Positions 41,442 through 50,467 of a stretch of 64,000 nucleotides of DNA are shown here, one piece after another. The notes beneath the pieces are model-generated. The model had not been told where the DNA came from and made no database searches. It worked only from the letters and a program-made list of their open reading frames with translations. The position numbers were made by a program, and so were the translations under genes. This stretch comes from a virus. Taxonomy: Duplodnaviria; Caudoviricetes. Location of the stretch: IMG/VR virus record IMGVR_UViG_3300013368_000005, positions 1 to 64,000 of that record; one strand, given 5' to 3'. Every line of letters starts with the position of its first letter. Positions within the stretch are counted from its first letter, which is position 1.

Positions 41442-42062
41442 ATGAATAAATTAATAGTAGATCCAAATAACTATAGTATAGTATCAATTTCAAATGAGAC
41501 ATCCTTTGAAGAAACAGAGACTGATAAACTATGTAGACATATACTAGGTTTATTTAGTGATCTTAAAGATTTAGAGATAGAAATTGATGTGGATAAATAT
41601 AACAATTTTGAAGCATGTTTTCGTACAGAAAAAATAAATAATAAAAAAAGACAATATAAATATATTATAAATCTTAGACCATTTCAAGACTGTTTTAAAA
41701 AGGGAAGCATTTGTAGAAATAGTAGAGAAATTATAGAAGGTTTGGAGATAGATGAACTTTTAAGAATAAATAGTATTGATGAAAAATATAAATTTAAAGT
41801 TTACTATTTATTTTATATATTACATGAAATTGGACATATTAAGCATTTTAATATAAATGAACGATATATCAATAAATTAAAATTGGCAGATGTGTCTCTA
41901 GATTGTTCATTGCGTCAAACTTATTATAATGCTAATAAGAAACATTCTTATACGATATATCAATATGGATTATTCGAATCCCAAGCAAATTTATTTGCAT
42001 TTAAATATTTCACATATATTTGGAATAATGTATTAAAAAATACAAATTTTCTTAATATGTAA
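41442..42062 (+). CDS. HExxH zinc-metallopeptidase-like protein (ImmA/IrrE-like)
   Basis: ILHEIGH...FESQANLFA; early motif at 41393-41400. Confidence 0.6.
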   Translation: MNKLIVDPNNYSIVSISNETSFEETETDKLCRHILGLFSDLKDLEIEIDVDKYNNFEACFRTEKINNKKRQYKYIINLRPFQDCFKKGSICRNSREIIEGLEIDELLRINSIDEKYKFKVYYLFYILHEIGHIKHFNINERYINKLKLADVSLDCSLRQTYYNANKKHSYTIYQYGLFESQANLFAFKYFTYIWNNVLKNTNFLNM

Positions 42063-42070
42063 AAATATAG

Positions 42071-42216
42071 GCTTGTACATTTTTACAAAGTACAAAACAT
42101 TTAAATATTTATATTTAAATTATATAAATTTAATATATAAGTATAATGATGTAAATATTCATGTTTCTACAATACATGATGAGAGGATTGTCAAATCTCA
42201 CTTCGTGAGATTTTAA
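42071..42216 (+). repeat. right copy of the ~140-bp inverted repeat
   Basis: see left copy; AACA-TTTAAA-TA at 42096-42107; hairpin at 42193-42214. Confidence 0.85.
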
Positions 42217-42230
42217 AGGAGGAATAAAAA

Positions 42231-42407
42231 ATGAAAGATTCTAAAATAAATCTAAATAATAAGTGGTTTACTATAGAACGAGATCATTACAAATGTAAAT
42301 TATGTAAATTCTATTATAAAATATACAATGAAACTGAACCCAGTAAATGTCCTAATTATAATCATAGTACTAAAGATGAACAAAAGAATATCAATAAAAA
42401 TAAATAA
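42231..42407 (+). CDS. 58-aa zinc-ribbon-like protein (not in the ORF track)
   Basis: SD AAGGAGG; YKCKLCKF...SKCPNYNH; terminator near 42416-42449. Confidence 0.6.
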   Translation: MKDSKINLNNKWFTIERDHYKCKLCKFYYKIYNETEPSKCPNYNHSTKDEQKNINKNK

Positions 42408-42498
42408 TATATTAAATAAACTAGGGAAACAATCTCTAGTTTATTTTTTGTGTATTTACATAAGATAACATTCATATAATTATGAAAGGAGTGATACT

Positions 42499-43311
42499 AT
42501 GAGAGATCCACAAAATATTCAACAAGTCGAATATAATGGAAATAAAATAAGTATAGTTAAAATGGACGATATACCTCCATTTGATATTCCAGACTATGAC
42601 CTATTAGATAGTAAAGAACTTAGTAAATATTTTGATGATATTGAAAGAAAAATAATAAGAAATTCATTTGAATATAGACAAATGGTGAATTTCTTAAGAG
42701 AAAATTTAGATATGAATAAATGTAGTTTCTATCAGAATGTAAATAATATAGATACATTTAAAATAAAAATACATTTACATCATGAACCATTTACATTATA
42801 TGATTTAGTTACTATAGTGTATAATAAGAGATTATTTTTCCATGAATGTTTAGAAGCAGAATTAGTAGCTAAAGAAGTTATGTACCTACATTACAAATTA
42901 ATGGTAGGTCTTATACCTTTAGCAGAAACTGTACATGAATTAGTACACAATAGCTATTTATTTGTTCCTATGGATAAAGTATTTGGAAATGTACAAGAAT
43001 TTATAAACATGTATGAAGATTTTATGTCTCCAGAACAATTAGATTTACTAGAAAGAAATCGACAATATACTAAAACTTACTGTGAAGAATTATCAAATAA
43101 CCATATCCTAAATAAAAACTATATATATTTAGATTTAACAGGTGCATATGATATTCCTACATTAGAAGAAGTAGTAGATTCTATGAATGCGAAGATAAAG
43201 GAGATAAAAGGGGATACCTCATCTATATATGTAGAAGAGAAGCCAAAAAAACAATTACAGCAGATGGTATCTTTTGGACAAGCACCTGATAGTGTTTTAC
43301 CTGATAAATAA
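42499..43311 (+). CDS. HNH-like protein, paralog A
   Basis: IHLHHEP...LIPLAETVHELVH; late promoter AACA-TTCATA-TA. Confidence 0.5.
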   Translation: MRDPQNIQQVEYNGNKISIVKMDDIPPFDIPDYDLLDSKELSKYFDDIERKIIRNSFEYRQMVNFLRENLDMNKCSFYQNVNNIDTFKIKIHLHHEPFTLYDLVTIVYNKRLFFHECLEAELVAKEVMYLHYKLMVGLIPLAETVHELVHNSYLFVPMDKVFGNVQEFINMYEDFMSPEQLDLLERNRQYTKTYCEELSNNHILNKNYIYLDLTGAYDIPTLEEVVDSMNAKIKEIKGDTSSIYVEEKPKKQLQQMVSFGQAPDSVLPDK

Positions 43312-43449
43312 AATCTTAAACTATTTATTATTATGCACCTATATATTATTTATATTTATTATTTTTTATATATTTTTTTACATGAATATAGATGACTAAA
43401 ATAGATATAATAAACATTATATTAATTAATCTATAAAGGAGGAATAAAA

Positions 43450-43947
43450 ATGGCAGATTTATTTACTAAAAGTATAATTGATATTTTAAATGAAGCATCA
43501 GATTGTGAAGCTTGTTCTAATGAAGAATTAGAACTTGATGGGGAATTAGAAGATGAATACGATGATGTAGAAGAATTAGAAGACGATATAGAATATACTG
43601 AAGAAATGGTTAATGTAATATTACAAGAATCAAATTCACAAACTAAATATTTGATAGAATATGATAATCTTTGCAAATTGATGGAGTCTAAACGCATGGA
43701 TATAAAGGAGGCTATGATATCAGTTTGTGAGCATAACCAAATTTCATTCAGTCACGCATACCTTGTATTAGAATCCGATGAAACTTTCGCAGAAGCATTA
43801 AATGAAGCAAAAGCATCAATAAAATATGCAAATAACCCGATAGATAAAACAAAAAATAAAAAGAAAGTAGGAAAGGTTTACGATACTTTCAAGGATATAA
43901 AGAATAAAGGAATAAAAGTATTAAAGAAAAAATCTAAGAAAAAATAA
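43450..43947 (+). CDS. acidic/basic late protein (prohead core or scaffold-like)
   Basis: LNEA/LQES motifs, acidic N-terminus, Lys-rich C-terminus; late promoter AACA-TTATAT-TA. Confidence 0.5.
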   Translation: MADLFTKSIIDILNEASDCEACSNEELELDGELEDEYDDVEELEDDIEYTEEMVNVILQESNSQTKYLIEYDNLCKLMESKRMDIKEAMISVCEHNQISFSHAYLVLESDETFAEALNEAKASIKYANNPIDKTKNKKKVGKVYDTFKDIKNKGIKVLKKKSKKK

Positions 43948-43964
43948 TTATATAACATATATTT

Positions 43965-44058
43965 AAAAAATATAATATTTTTTTATTTTCCTTTCTAAGT
44001 TATATTTAAACCAGATATATAAATGAATATAGTTTTCTATATTCATTTATATTATTTT
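43965..44058 (+). ncRNA. candidate small RNA 1
   Basis: AACA-TATATT-TA (43954-43965); anti-SD TTTCCTTTCT; 16-bp hairpin 44017-44052 with T-rich tail. Confidence 0.5.
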
Positions 44059-44080
44059 AATATCAATATAACAATAAAGT

Positions 44081-44166
44081 GAATTAGAAATTATTCATTT
44101 ATTCTATTTCATAATTAATCTCACTTCGGTAAAGTAGTATATCGTTATGATATACTACTTTTTATT
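44081..44166 (+). ncRNA. candidate small RNA 2 (anti-initiation-site)
   Basis: AACA-ATAAAG-TG (44070-44081); seed CATAATTAATCTC; 13-bp terminator 44131-44161. Confidence 0.55.
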
Positions 44167-44195
44167 ATTAAATAATAATGCTATAACATATAATT

Positions 44196-44287
44196 GAATA
44201 GCAAGTTTCATACTTAACCTCACCCTAAAGTTTTTATGATTTGAAATCAAATATAAAAGATAGAGATTAGTTTCTCTATCTTTTATA
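44196..44287 (+). ncRNA. candidate small RNA 3 (anti-initiation-site)
   Basis: AACA-TATAAT-TG (44185-44196); TTTCATACTTAACCTCACCCT; 15-bp terminator 44252-44287. Confidence 0.55.
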
Positions 44288-44310
44288 CTGTCTAAATATA
44301 TACATAATTA

Positions 44311-44318
44311 TATATTAT
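44311..44318 (+). promoter_or_regulatory. early promoter motif TATATTAT
   Basis: the same motif precedes about ten non-structural transcription units. Confidence 0.7.
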
Positions 44319-44371
44319 AATAATGAAATAAACAATAAATTAATATTAAAAAATTTAAAGGAGGAATAAGT

Positions 44372-44968
44372 ATGAAGTTTTATTTCGATACAGAATTTAC
44401 ACAATTAAGAAAAGAAACAACATTAATCTCTGTAGGTATATTATCAGAAGATTATTCATGTTCTTTTTATGCAGAATTAACAGATTTTAATCAATCTTTA
44501 TGTGATGATTGGATAAACAAAAACGTTATAGATAATTGTATCTATATATCTAGAAAAGGAAAACAACAATATATATTTAATAGAACTATAGAAAGCTCTG
44601 AAACAAATAATATATCAATATGTGGAAATAGAGAAGAGGTTTCGAAAGAATTAGTAAGATGGCTTTCGAGATTTAGTGAAATTCAATTTGTAGCAGATGT
44701 ATGTAATTATGATTTCGTATTATTAATAGATCTAATCACAAATGGTGGTACCGCATTCGACTTACCAGCGAAAATATCACCATATTGTCATGATATAAAT
44801 CAAGATATCGCTGATTTTCTATCTATATCTGATAGTGCAGCATTTGATGTAAATAGAGAAGAATTGGCTTTGAAAATAAATCCATATTTAAAATTAAATG
44901 AAAAGTCTAAACATAATGCATTATACGATGCAAGAATGTGTGCTATTGTTTACAAATCAATAAAATAA
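44372..44968 (+). CDS. DEDDh 3'-5' exo(ribo)nuclease (Rv2179c-like)
   Basis: YFDTEF, YDFVLL, HNALYDA. Confidence 0.8.
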   Translation: MKFYFDTEFTQLRKETTLISVGILSEDYSCSFYAELTDFNQSLCDDWINKNVIDNCIYISRKGKQQYIFNRTIESSETNNISICGNREEVSKELVRWLSRFSEIQFVADVCNYDFVLLIDLITNGGTAFDLPAKISPYCHDINQDIADFLSISDSAAFDVNREELALKINPYLKLNEKSKHNALYDARMCAIVYKSIK

Positions 44969-44988
44969 TATATAGGAAGTGAATCTAA

Positions 44989-45318
44989 ATGGGAATGTAT
45001 TTTTATAAAGGTGTACCTTTATTTAATTATCATACAAGATTTAAAGACACTGACATTACTGTATATAATGGATATATGGGTCATAACATAAAATGGTTAA
45101 TAAATGATTTAGAACAACAATTTACAAAATATAATAATAAAAATACAATATTAATTAATCCAGATAATGGAGAGATATGTGTATATGATAAAAATGAAAA
45201 ACAAGAATTAAAATTTCAAATAGAAGATAGCAAAGATTATCAAAATTTGAAAAATATTATTATAAATAATATGAATACAGTATGTATAGATCATACTGAA
45301 AATTATCAGCTATGTTAA
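44989..45318 (+). CDS. hypothetical protein
   Basis: 109 aa within an operon. Confidence 0.6.
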   Translation: MGMYFYKGVPLFNYHTRFKDTDITVYNGYMGHNIKWLINDLEQQFTKYNNKNTILINPDNGEICVYDKNEKQELKFQIEDSKDYQNLKNIIINNMNTVCIDHTENYQLC

Positions 45319-45371
45319 ATAAAGAACTTTAAGTTCTTTAATATAAAAAATGAAAATAGGGGGAGAAGGAA

Positions 45372-45683
45372 ATGAAAATATTTAATTGTCAAATCGTAAA
45401 AGGAGAAATAGTAGATATGTATGGAAGCGGTGTTGGTGAAGCACCCCAATATTTACTATTAGTGGAAGATAATGAGCATGAAGGATTAGACATAGAACCT
45501 TCAAAAATAATCTATTTAACAGAAGATTTAGCAGATGATGTAAAAGATATACATTATCAAATAATCGATGCTATGATAGATATGCTATCAGAAACAGAAG
45601 TAAATAATATAAGAATTAATAACTCTGAGTCAGCAATTGTTATAGGAGGTGCTGAAATTACGAGGAGGAAAAGTATTCTGTAA
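45372..45683 (+). CDS. hypothetical protein
   Basis: SD AGGGGGAG. Confidence 0.65.
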   Translation: MKIFNCQIVKGEIVDMYGSGVGEAPQYLLLVEDNEHEGLDIEPSKIIYLTEDLADDVKDIHYQIIDAMIDMLSETEVNNIRINNSESAIVIGGAEITRRKSIL

Positions 45684-45693
45684 GGAGAAAAAT

Positions 45694-46389
45694 ATGAATT
45701 ATGAAGACATATTTAATAAAAATACATTAAATATATTTACTGATGCTTCAATCAGTAAAATAGGAAATGAAACAGTTGGTTGTAGTGGTTGTATAGCCAC
45801 TACAACTGATAATTATGGAAAATCGATAATAGTAGATGAATTTTATTTTATAAATAGAGATACTACTAATAATGATTCAGAATTAAAAGCTATACATGCT
45901 GGTATATATAAAGCTATACAGTATAGAAATAATTATAAACAAATTAATTTATTCTCTGATTCTCTTGTTTCAGTTAAGGGATTAAAAGAATGGATATTTA
46001 ATTGGATTAATAATATGAAACTAGGAGTATTATACGGAAGTTCTGGAGAAGTGAAAAATCAAGAATTAATAAAATCTATTATATCGGATATAATAACTTC
46101 TCAATTACAAATTAAAATTTATCACCAAAAAGGTCATATAAAAATCAATGATTATGATGATTTATTAAAAGCTCAAAGAATATTTTTAAGGGAGAACAAT
46201 ATTACTGCTCCTTTAGAATTAATTAAAGATTTATGCTATTACAATGATATTGTAGATAATACAAGTAGACAACGATTATTAATATATGTAAGTGACAAAA
46301 CCCAATCACTTCAGTTACAAAAAAATCCTATAAGTCATCTTATAGATACAACAAGAATAAGGAATGAATATAGAATATTGGTTAAGTAA
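45694..46389 (+). CDS. rnhA: ribonuclease HI
   Basis: IFTDAS, TNNDSELKAI, LFSDS, HQKGH, NDIVD; ATG 45694 with SD AAGGAG. Confidence 0.85.
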   Translation: MNYEDIFNKNTLNIFTDASISKIGNETVGCSGCIATTTDNYGKSIIVDEFYFINRDTTNNDSELKAIHAGIYKAIQYRNNYKQINLFSDSLVSVKGLKEWIFNWINNMKLGVLYGSSGEVKNQELIKSIISDIITSQLQIKIYHQKGHIKINDYDDLLKAQRIFLRENNITAPLELIKDLCYYNDIVDNTSRQRLLIYVSDKTQSLQLQKNPISHLIDTTRIRNEYRILVK

Positions 46390-46403
46390 AGGAGATTTTT
46401 ATT

Positions 46404-46814
46404 ATGAAATCAGAAGACTTATATAAAATGGATAAAGCCTATGAATTATTAGAAGAATGTGAACCAACATATAAGAGCTTAGATATACTTATATGCTTAA
46501 ACAAACCATTATTTATTATGTATTTTTCTAGTATTGATATCTTATTAAATAATGATGAAAAATATAATCGGTTTAACACTGCTATTGATAATTTAACTAA
46601 ACCAATGTATGATATTTTATCAACAGTAGAGCATAGTATTGATAAAGAAAAAATAATGAATATGAAAGAACTTTTAAAGATATGTATAATACATGAAGTA
46701 TTATGTTTAGTATCATCTGAAGAAGTATTCGATAAGCCATCTTCTATGAATTGTTTAGATAATTTAGTAAATAGTATTTTTACTGGGTTTAGTAAAATAA
46801 AAGGTTATTTTTAG
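46404..46814 (+). CDS. hypothetical protein
   Basis: SD AAGGAG; hairpin at 46844-46871 downstream. Confidence 0.65.
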   Translation: MKSEDLYKMDKAYELLEECEPTYKSLDILICLNKPLFIMYFSSIDILLNNDEKYNRFNTAIDNLTKPMYDILSTVEHSIDKEKIMNMKELLKICIIHEVLCLVSSEEVFDKPSSMNCLDNLVNSIFTGFSKIKGYF

Positions 46815-46904
46815 CTTATATATATTTAAGAGAAATGTAAAATATAGGTTACTACAAAAGTAGTAACCTATTATTAATATTAAAAATAAAGGGAGAGATT
46901 AATT

Positions 46905-47726
46905 ATGAATAAACAACAATTAAAGCCGATGGTAAAATTTGAAGATAATTTACAGTATAAGAATACAACTTATACAGCAGAAACAATGTATAGTAAAATA
47001 GCACAAATTTATACTAATGAGAGATTATTAGAAAGTGGTTATCCAGAAAATGAATTAATGTTAAACCACAGGAGAATGTGTTTAGAACAAACTTTTAGAA
47101 ATAGAGTTCAATTTTTATTAATGCAAGTTATTGAGAGCTTTAATAATAAGGTATATGAAGTGAACTCTTTATTAGAAAAAACAAAAAGTGGATTCACAAT
47201 CTATAGGTCACATACAGGAACATTAAATGGATATATAGAGTCTAAATTTGATTATATATATGATGTATATAGTTATATGCATATATTAAATAATCCGATA
47301 ACAATTAGTGACATATCATTAACTTTATCTACACTGATGTATAATGCAATAAATATATCAGTGCAAATACCTGAAGACATGAGAGATATCTATTATAATG
47401 AGATGTATGAGGTTAAGTTTGATAAATATATGCATAATGTAGATCCAAATATATTATTATCATTTGAGCAATATAGGACAAACTTAAGTAAATACTTTAC
47501 AATGCTAATAATGAAAATGTTCGAGCAATTATGTGGAGAAGTAAAAACAATTTATTTAGATGCAGGATATCCTAGATATGCGGAACCTTGTAAGTTCTGT
47601 TCAGAAGAAGAACCATCTAGGGCAATACAATTACATCAACCAGTAAAAACAATTGAAGCAACAGAAGGAAAAAAACGTAGATATAGAAAACTAGATATTC
47701 CATTATTTGAAGAATTGGAAAAATAA
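46905..47726 (+). CDS. hypothetical protein
   Basis: GGGAGAGATTAATTATG start signature. Confidence 0.7.
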   Translation: MNKQQLKPMVKFEDNLQYKNTTYTAETMYSKIAQIYTNERLLESGYPENELMLNHRRMCLEQTFRNRVQFLLMQVIESFNNKVYEVNSLLEKTKSGFTIYRSHTGTLNGYIESKFDYIYDVYSYMHILNNPITISDISLTLSTLMYNAINISVQIPEDMRDIYYNEMYEVKFDKYMHNVDPNILLSFEQYRTNLSKYFTMLIMKMFEQLCGEVKTIYLDAGYPRYAEPCKFCSEEEPSRAIQLHQPVKTIEATEGKKRRYRKLDIPLFEELEK

Positions 47727-47759
47727 TTATCTGAATTTATTAAGGAGAATTAATTTACT

Positions 47760-48269
47760 ATGAATACACAAGTTTTATTTTCTAGTAATGATCAAACTTG
47801 GGAAACACCTTTAGAGGTGTTTTCCAAATTAAATAATGAGTTTAATTTCACATTAGATGTATGCTGCACCATGTATACTACTAAATGTAAAAAATTTTTT
47901 ACCCCAGAACAAAATGGATTAATTCAAGATTGGAGTAATAATGTATGTTGGATGAATCCACCTTACGGAACGGAGATACCTATTTGGATAGAAAAAGCTT
48001 ATAATGAAAGTTTAAAAGGAGCTATCGTGGTTTGCTTAATTCCAGCTAGAACAGATACAAAGTATTGGCATAATTTTTGTATGAAATCAGCTGAAATTAG
48101 ATTTATAAAAGGTAGATTAAAATTTGGTAATTCAAAAAATTCTGCACCATTTCCAAGTGCAATTGTGATTTTTAATAATAAAATAAATGAATTAACTGTA
48201 TCTAGTTATACAGTATATGGTAGATTAATTAATTTTAAGCTTCCAAAAATGGTAAGATACTTATATTAA
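47760..48269 (+). CDS. phage DNA N6-adenine methyltransferase (Dam-like)
   Basis: WETP, FTLDVC, WMNPPYG, LIPARTDT, RFIKGRLKF. Confidence 0.85.
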   Translation: MNTQVLFSSNDQTWETPLEVFSKLNNEFNFTLDVCCTMYTTKCKKFFTPEQNGLIQDWSNNVCWMNPPYGTEIPIWIEKAYNESLKGAIVVCLIPARTDTKYWHNFCMKSAEIRFIKGRLKFGNSKNSAPFPSAIVIFNNKINELTVSSYTVYGRLINFKLPKMVRYLY

Positions 48270-48338
48270 TTTATATTATAATCATATATTATATATGTAG
48301 GAAATAAATATAAATTTAATATAAATGGAGGGGATTAA

Positions 48339-49103
48339 ATGTTTTATCAACAATCTCCTATAGCTATGAATATGGGTGGTAATATGAATCAAGGATTTAT
48401 ACCACCCAATCCAATTAGTAATGTAGCAATAGGTAGTAACGGGTATAATGGAATAGGAAATATGGGTTCTTATTATACAGGAACTTATAATAATTATTAT
48501 AATCCATATATGGCAATGAAACAGCAAGAAGCAATGAAAGCTGTATATATGGAAGAACAAAGACAACAAGTTGATATTATGAAAACAATATCAAAAAATG
48601 TAAATAAATCTTATGGGACAGAAGTTGATGATATATTTCTAAAACGCTATGATCCTGTCGATATAATTCAACAGAATAGAGATCCTGAAATAGATATAAA
48701 TATAAGATTAGCCAATGCACGTGCTGAAGCACAGTATGGAAGAAATCCAGAAGTAGAAGGGTACATTTACGCAATTAATACGATGTATGATAAATCTAAA
48801 GAAATGTATCCAGATAGTATGGGTATATATGAATTTAATAAGATATCTTCTGAAATAAATTTACAATATTTAGAAGAAGAATATAGAGAGAAACAAAGAA
48901 ATGTTGGGACACTATATAATAGATCTCAATATAATCAGCTTATATCAGAACATAGCAAAGCAAATAATTCATTTAGTAATGTTTTTGGAAATACAAAAAA
49001 CATTAATTCTATAGATGATTTAGAAGTTACATTACCAAGTCATTTAAGTAATGAACTTGCAGCTCGAAGAGAAATGTTTATGAAAAGTATAATGGGTAAA
49101 TAA
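48339..49103 (+). CDS. protein with N/G/Y/M/Q-rich low-complexity N-terminus
   Basis: early motif at 48285-48292; charge-free first ~60 aa. Confidence 0.7.
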   Translation: MFYQQSPIAMNMGGNMNQGFIPPNPISNVAIGSNGYNGIGNMGSYYTGTYNNYYNPYMAMKQQEAMKAVYMEEQRQQVDIMKTISKNVNKSYGTEVDDIFLKRYDPVDIIQQNRDPEIDINIRLANARAEAQYGRNPEVEGYIYAINTMYDKSKEMYPDSMGIYEFNKISSEINLQYLEEEYREKQRNVGTLYNRSQYNQLISEHSKANNSFSNVFGNTKNINSIDDLEVTLPSHLSNELAARREMFMKSIMGK

Positions 49104-49116
49104 GGGGGAATATAAT

Positions 49117-50454
49117 ATGGCAAGAGTAGATTTATTAAGTGTATTATATTCTAAAGAAAAATCACCATTAGAATTTAAATTCGATTCAATGTGGATGCCA
49201 TCAATGTATAATTATCTTACGCAACAGGATATACAAGCATTGTATAATATAGCATCCTCTATTAGATATAGTTCTAAGATAGAATTAAAATATAAACTCA
49301 TAGATGATATTATGACAGTAAGAGGATTTAAGAAATTTGCCTCTGGAACTAATAGAGTAGTTTATAGTTATTTAGAAGACCAATCATTTTTAGTAAAAAT
49401 AGCAATAGATAGAGTTGGTCTTGGAGATAATCCAGCAGAATATAAAAATCAATTTTTATTAAAACCTTTTGTATCTAAAATGTTTGAATGTAGTCCATGT
49501 GGGACTGTAGCATTTGTAGAAAGATTAGAGCCCATAACATCTAGACAAGAATTTTTATCTATAGGCGAAGATATATTTAATTTATTAAATGAATTTATTA
49601 TAGGTAAATATGTATTAGAAGATATAGGAAGTAAATATTTTATGAACTATGGATTGCGTAAAGGATTTGGTGTATGTCTCTTAGACTATCCTTATGTGTA
49701 TGAATTGGATGGAAATAAACTGTATTGTAATAAGCAAGAACTTGAAACAAAGAATCTTTGTGGAGGAGAAATAGATTATGATGCAGGATTCAACAATTTA
49801 ATATGTAGTAAGTGTGGCAAAAGATTCAAAGCCAAAGATTTACAACAGTCTGTTCAAAATAAATTAATTTTATTAAAAAATGAAGGAGAGATTGATATGA
49901 AAATTAAAGTTAGTTATCGTGGAGAAGTAATAAGAGAATTTAATTCATCTGATGAAAGTGATGTTATTGTTAGAAAGCAAAAACAGCAATCACAACCAAC
50001 AATGAATGTAAAAGTAAATGGAGTTCCGATAGGGGGTCCAAAAACTCCGATTAACAATGTAAGAGAGTCTGCTTTTATCAATAAAAATAGACACGATATA
50101 AAGGGAGATAAAAAAAGATATGCAGAAATGGGAAACGCTAAATCAGTTCAAAAAGATAATACACAAGAAATAAAAAATCAAGTATCCCAGGCAGATTCTA
50201 AACCTGAAACTATAGAAAAAACAGATAATATATATACTATTGCGGTCAAATCTGATCCTCTTAAAGTTCCTACAATAGATGCAGCAACTTTAAATTCTAT
50301 AGGATTATTAGATAAAGATTTTGAAGAAGAGGACTCATCGAATAAAGAAGAAGATAAAGACTTAGCAGCTAAATATTACGATGAGTATAAAGATTTTGAA
50401 GAAGAGGATAATTTTCAAAAAATTAAAAAGAATAAAATTATAGATAGATATTAA
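49117..50454 (+). CDS. protein-kinase-like fold + Zn ribbon + disordered tail
   Basis: ASGTNRVVY, LVKIA, NPAE, EDIGSKYFMNYG, LLDYP; C...CGG...CSKCG. Confidence 0.6.
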   Translation: MARVDLLSVLYSKEKSPLEFKFDSMWMPSMYNYLTQQDIQALYNIASSIRYSSKIELKYKLIDDIMTVRGFKKFASGTNRVVYSYLEDQSFLVKIAIDRVGLGDNPAEYKNQFLLKPFVSKMFECSPCGTVAFVERLEPITSRQEFLSIGEDIFNLLNEFIIGKYVLEDIGSKYFMNYGLRKGFGVCLLDYPYVYELDGNKLYCNKQELETKNLCGGEIDYDAGFNNLICSKCGKRFKAKDLQQSVQNKLILLKNEGEIDMKIKVSYRGEVIREFNSSDESDVIVRKQKQQSQPTMNVKVNGVPIGGPKTPINNVRESAFINKNRHDIKGDKKRYAEMGNAKSVQKDNTQEIKNQVSQADSKPETIEKTDNIYTIAVKSDPLKVPTIDAATLNSIGLLDKDFEEEDSSNKEEDKDLAAKYYDEYKDFEEEDNFQKIKKNKIIDRY

Positions 50455-50467
50455 TGGGGGGATCATT

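Noticed and set aside
42176-42208. 10-codon ORFs in both repeat arms (MMRGLSNLTS and MKGRLINLTS)
   Set aside because: No upstream SD; similarity is explained by conservation of the RNA hairpin
44155-44211. Minus-strand 18-aa hydrophobic ORF MKLAIQLYVIALLFNNKK with an SD, which would make unit 3 a type I toxin-antitoxin pair
   Set aside because: No minus-strand promoter seen and the equivalent frame in unit 2 is only Met-Lys-stop; kept as a minor alternative, not called
43954-44290. CRISPR-like mini-array or tRNA cluster
   Set aside because: No identical direct repeats and no cloverleaf or T-loop motifs; no tRNA, rRNA or CRISPR array seen anywhere in the window
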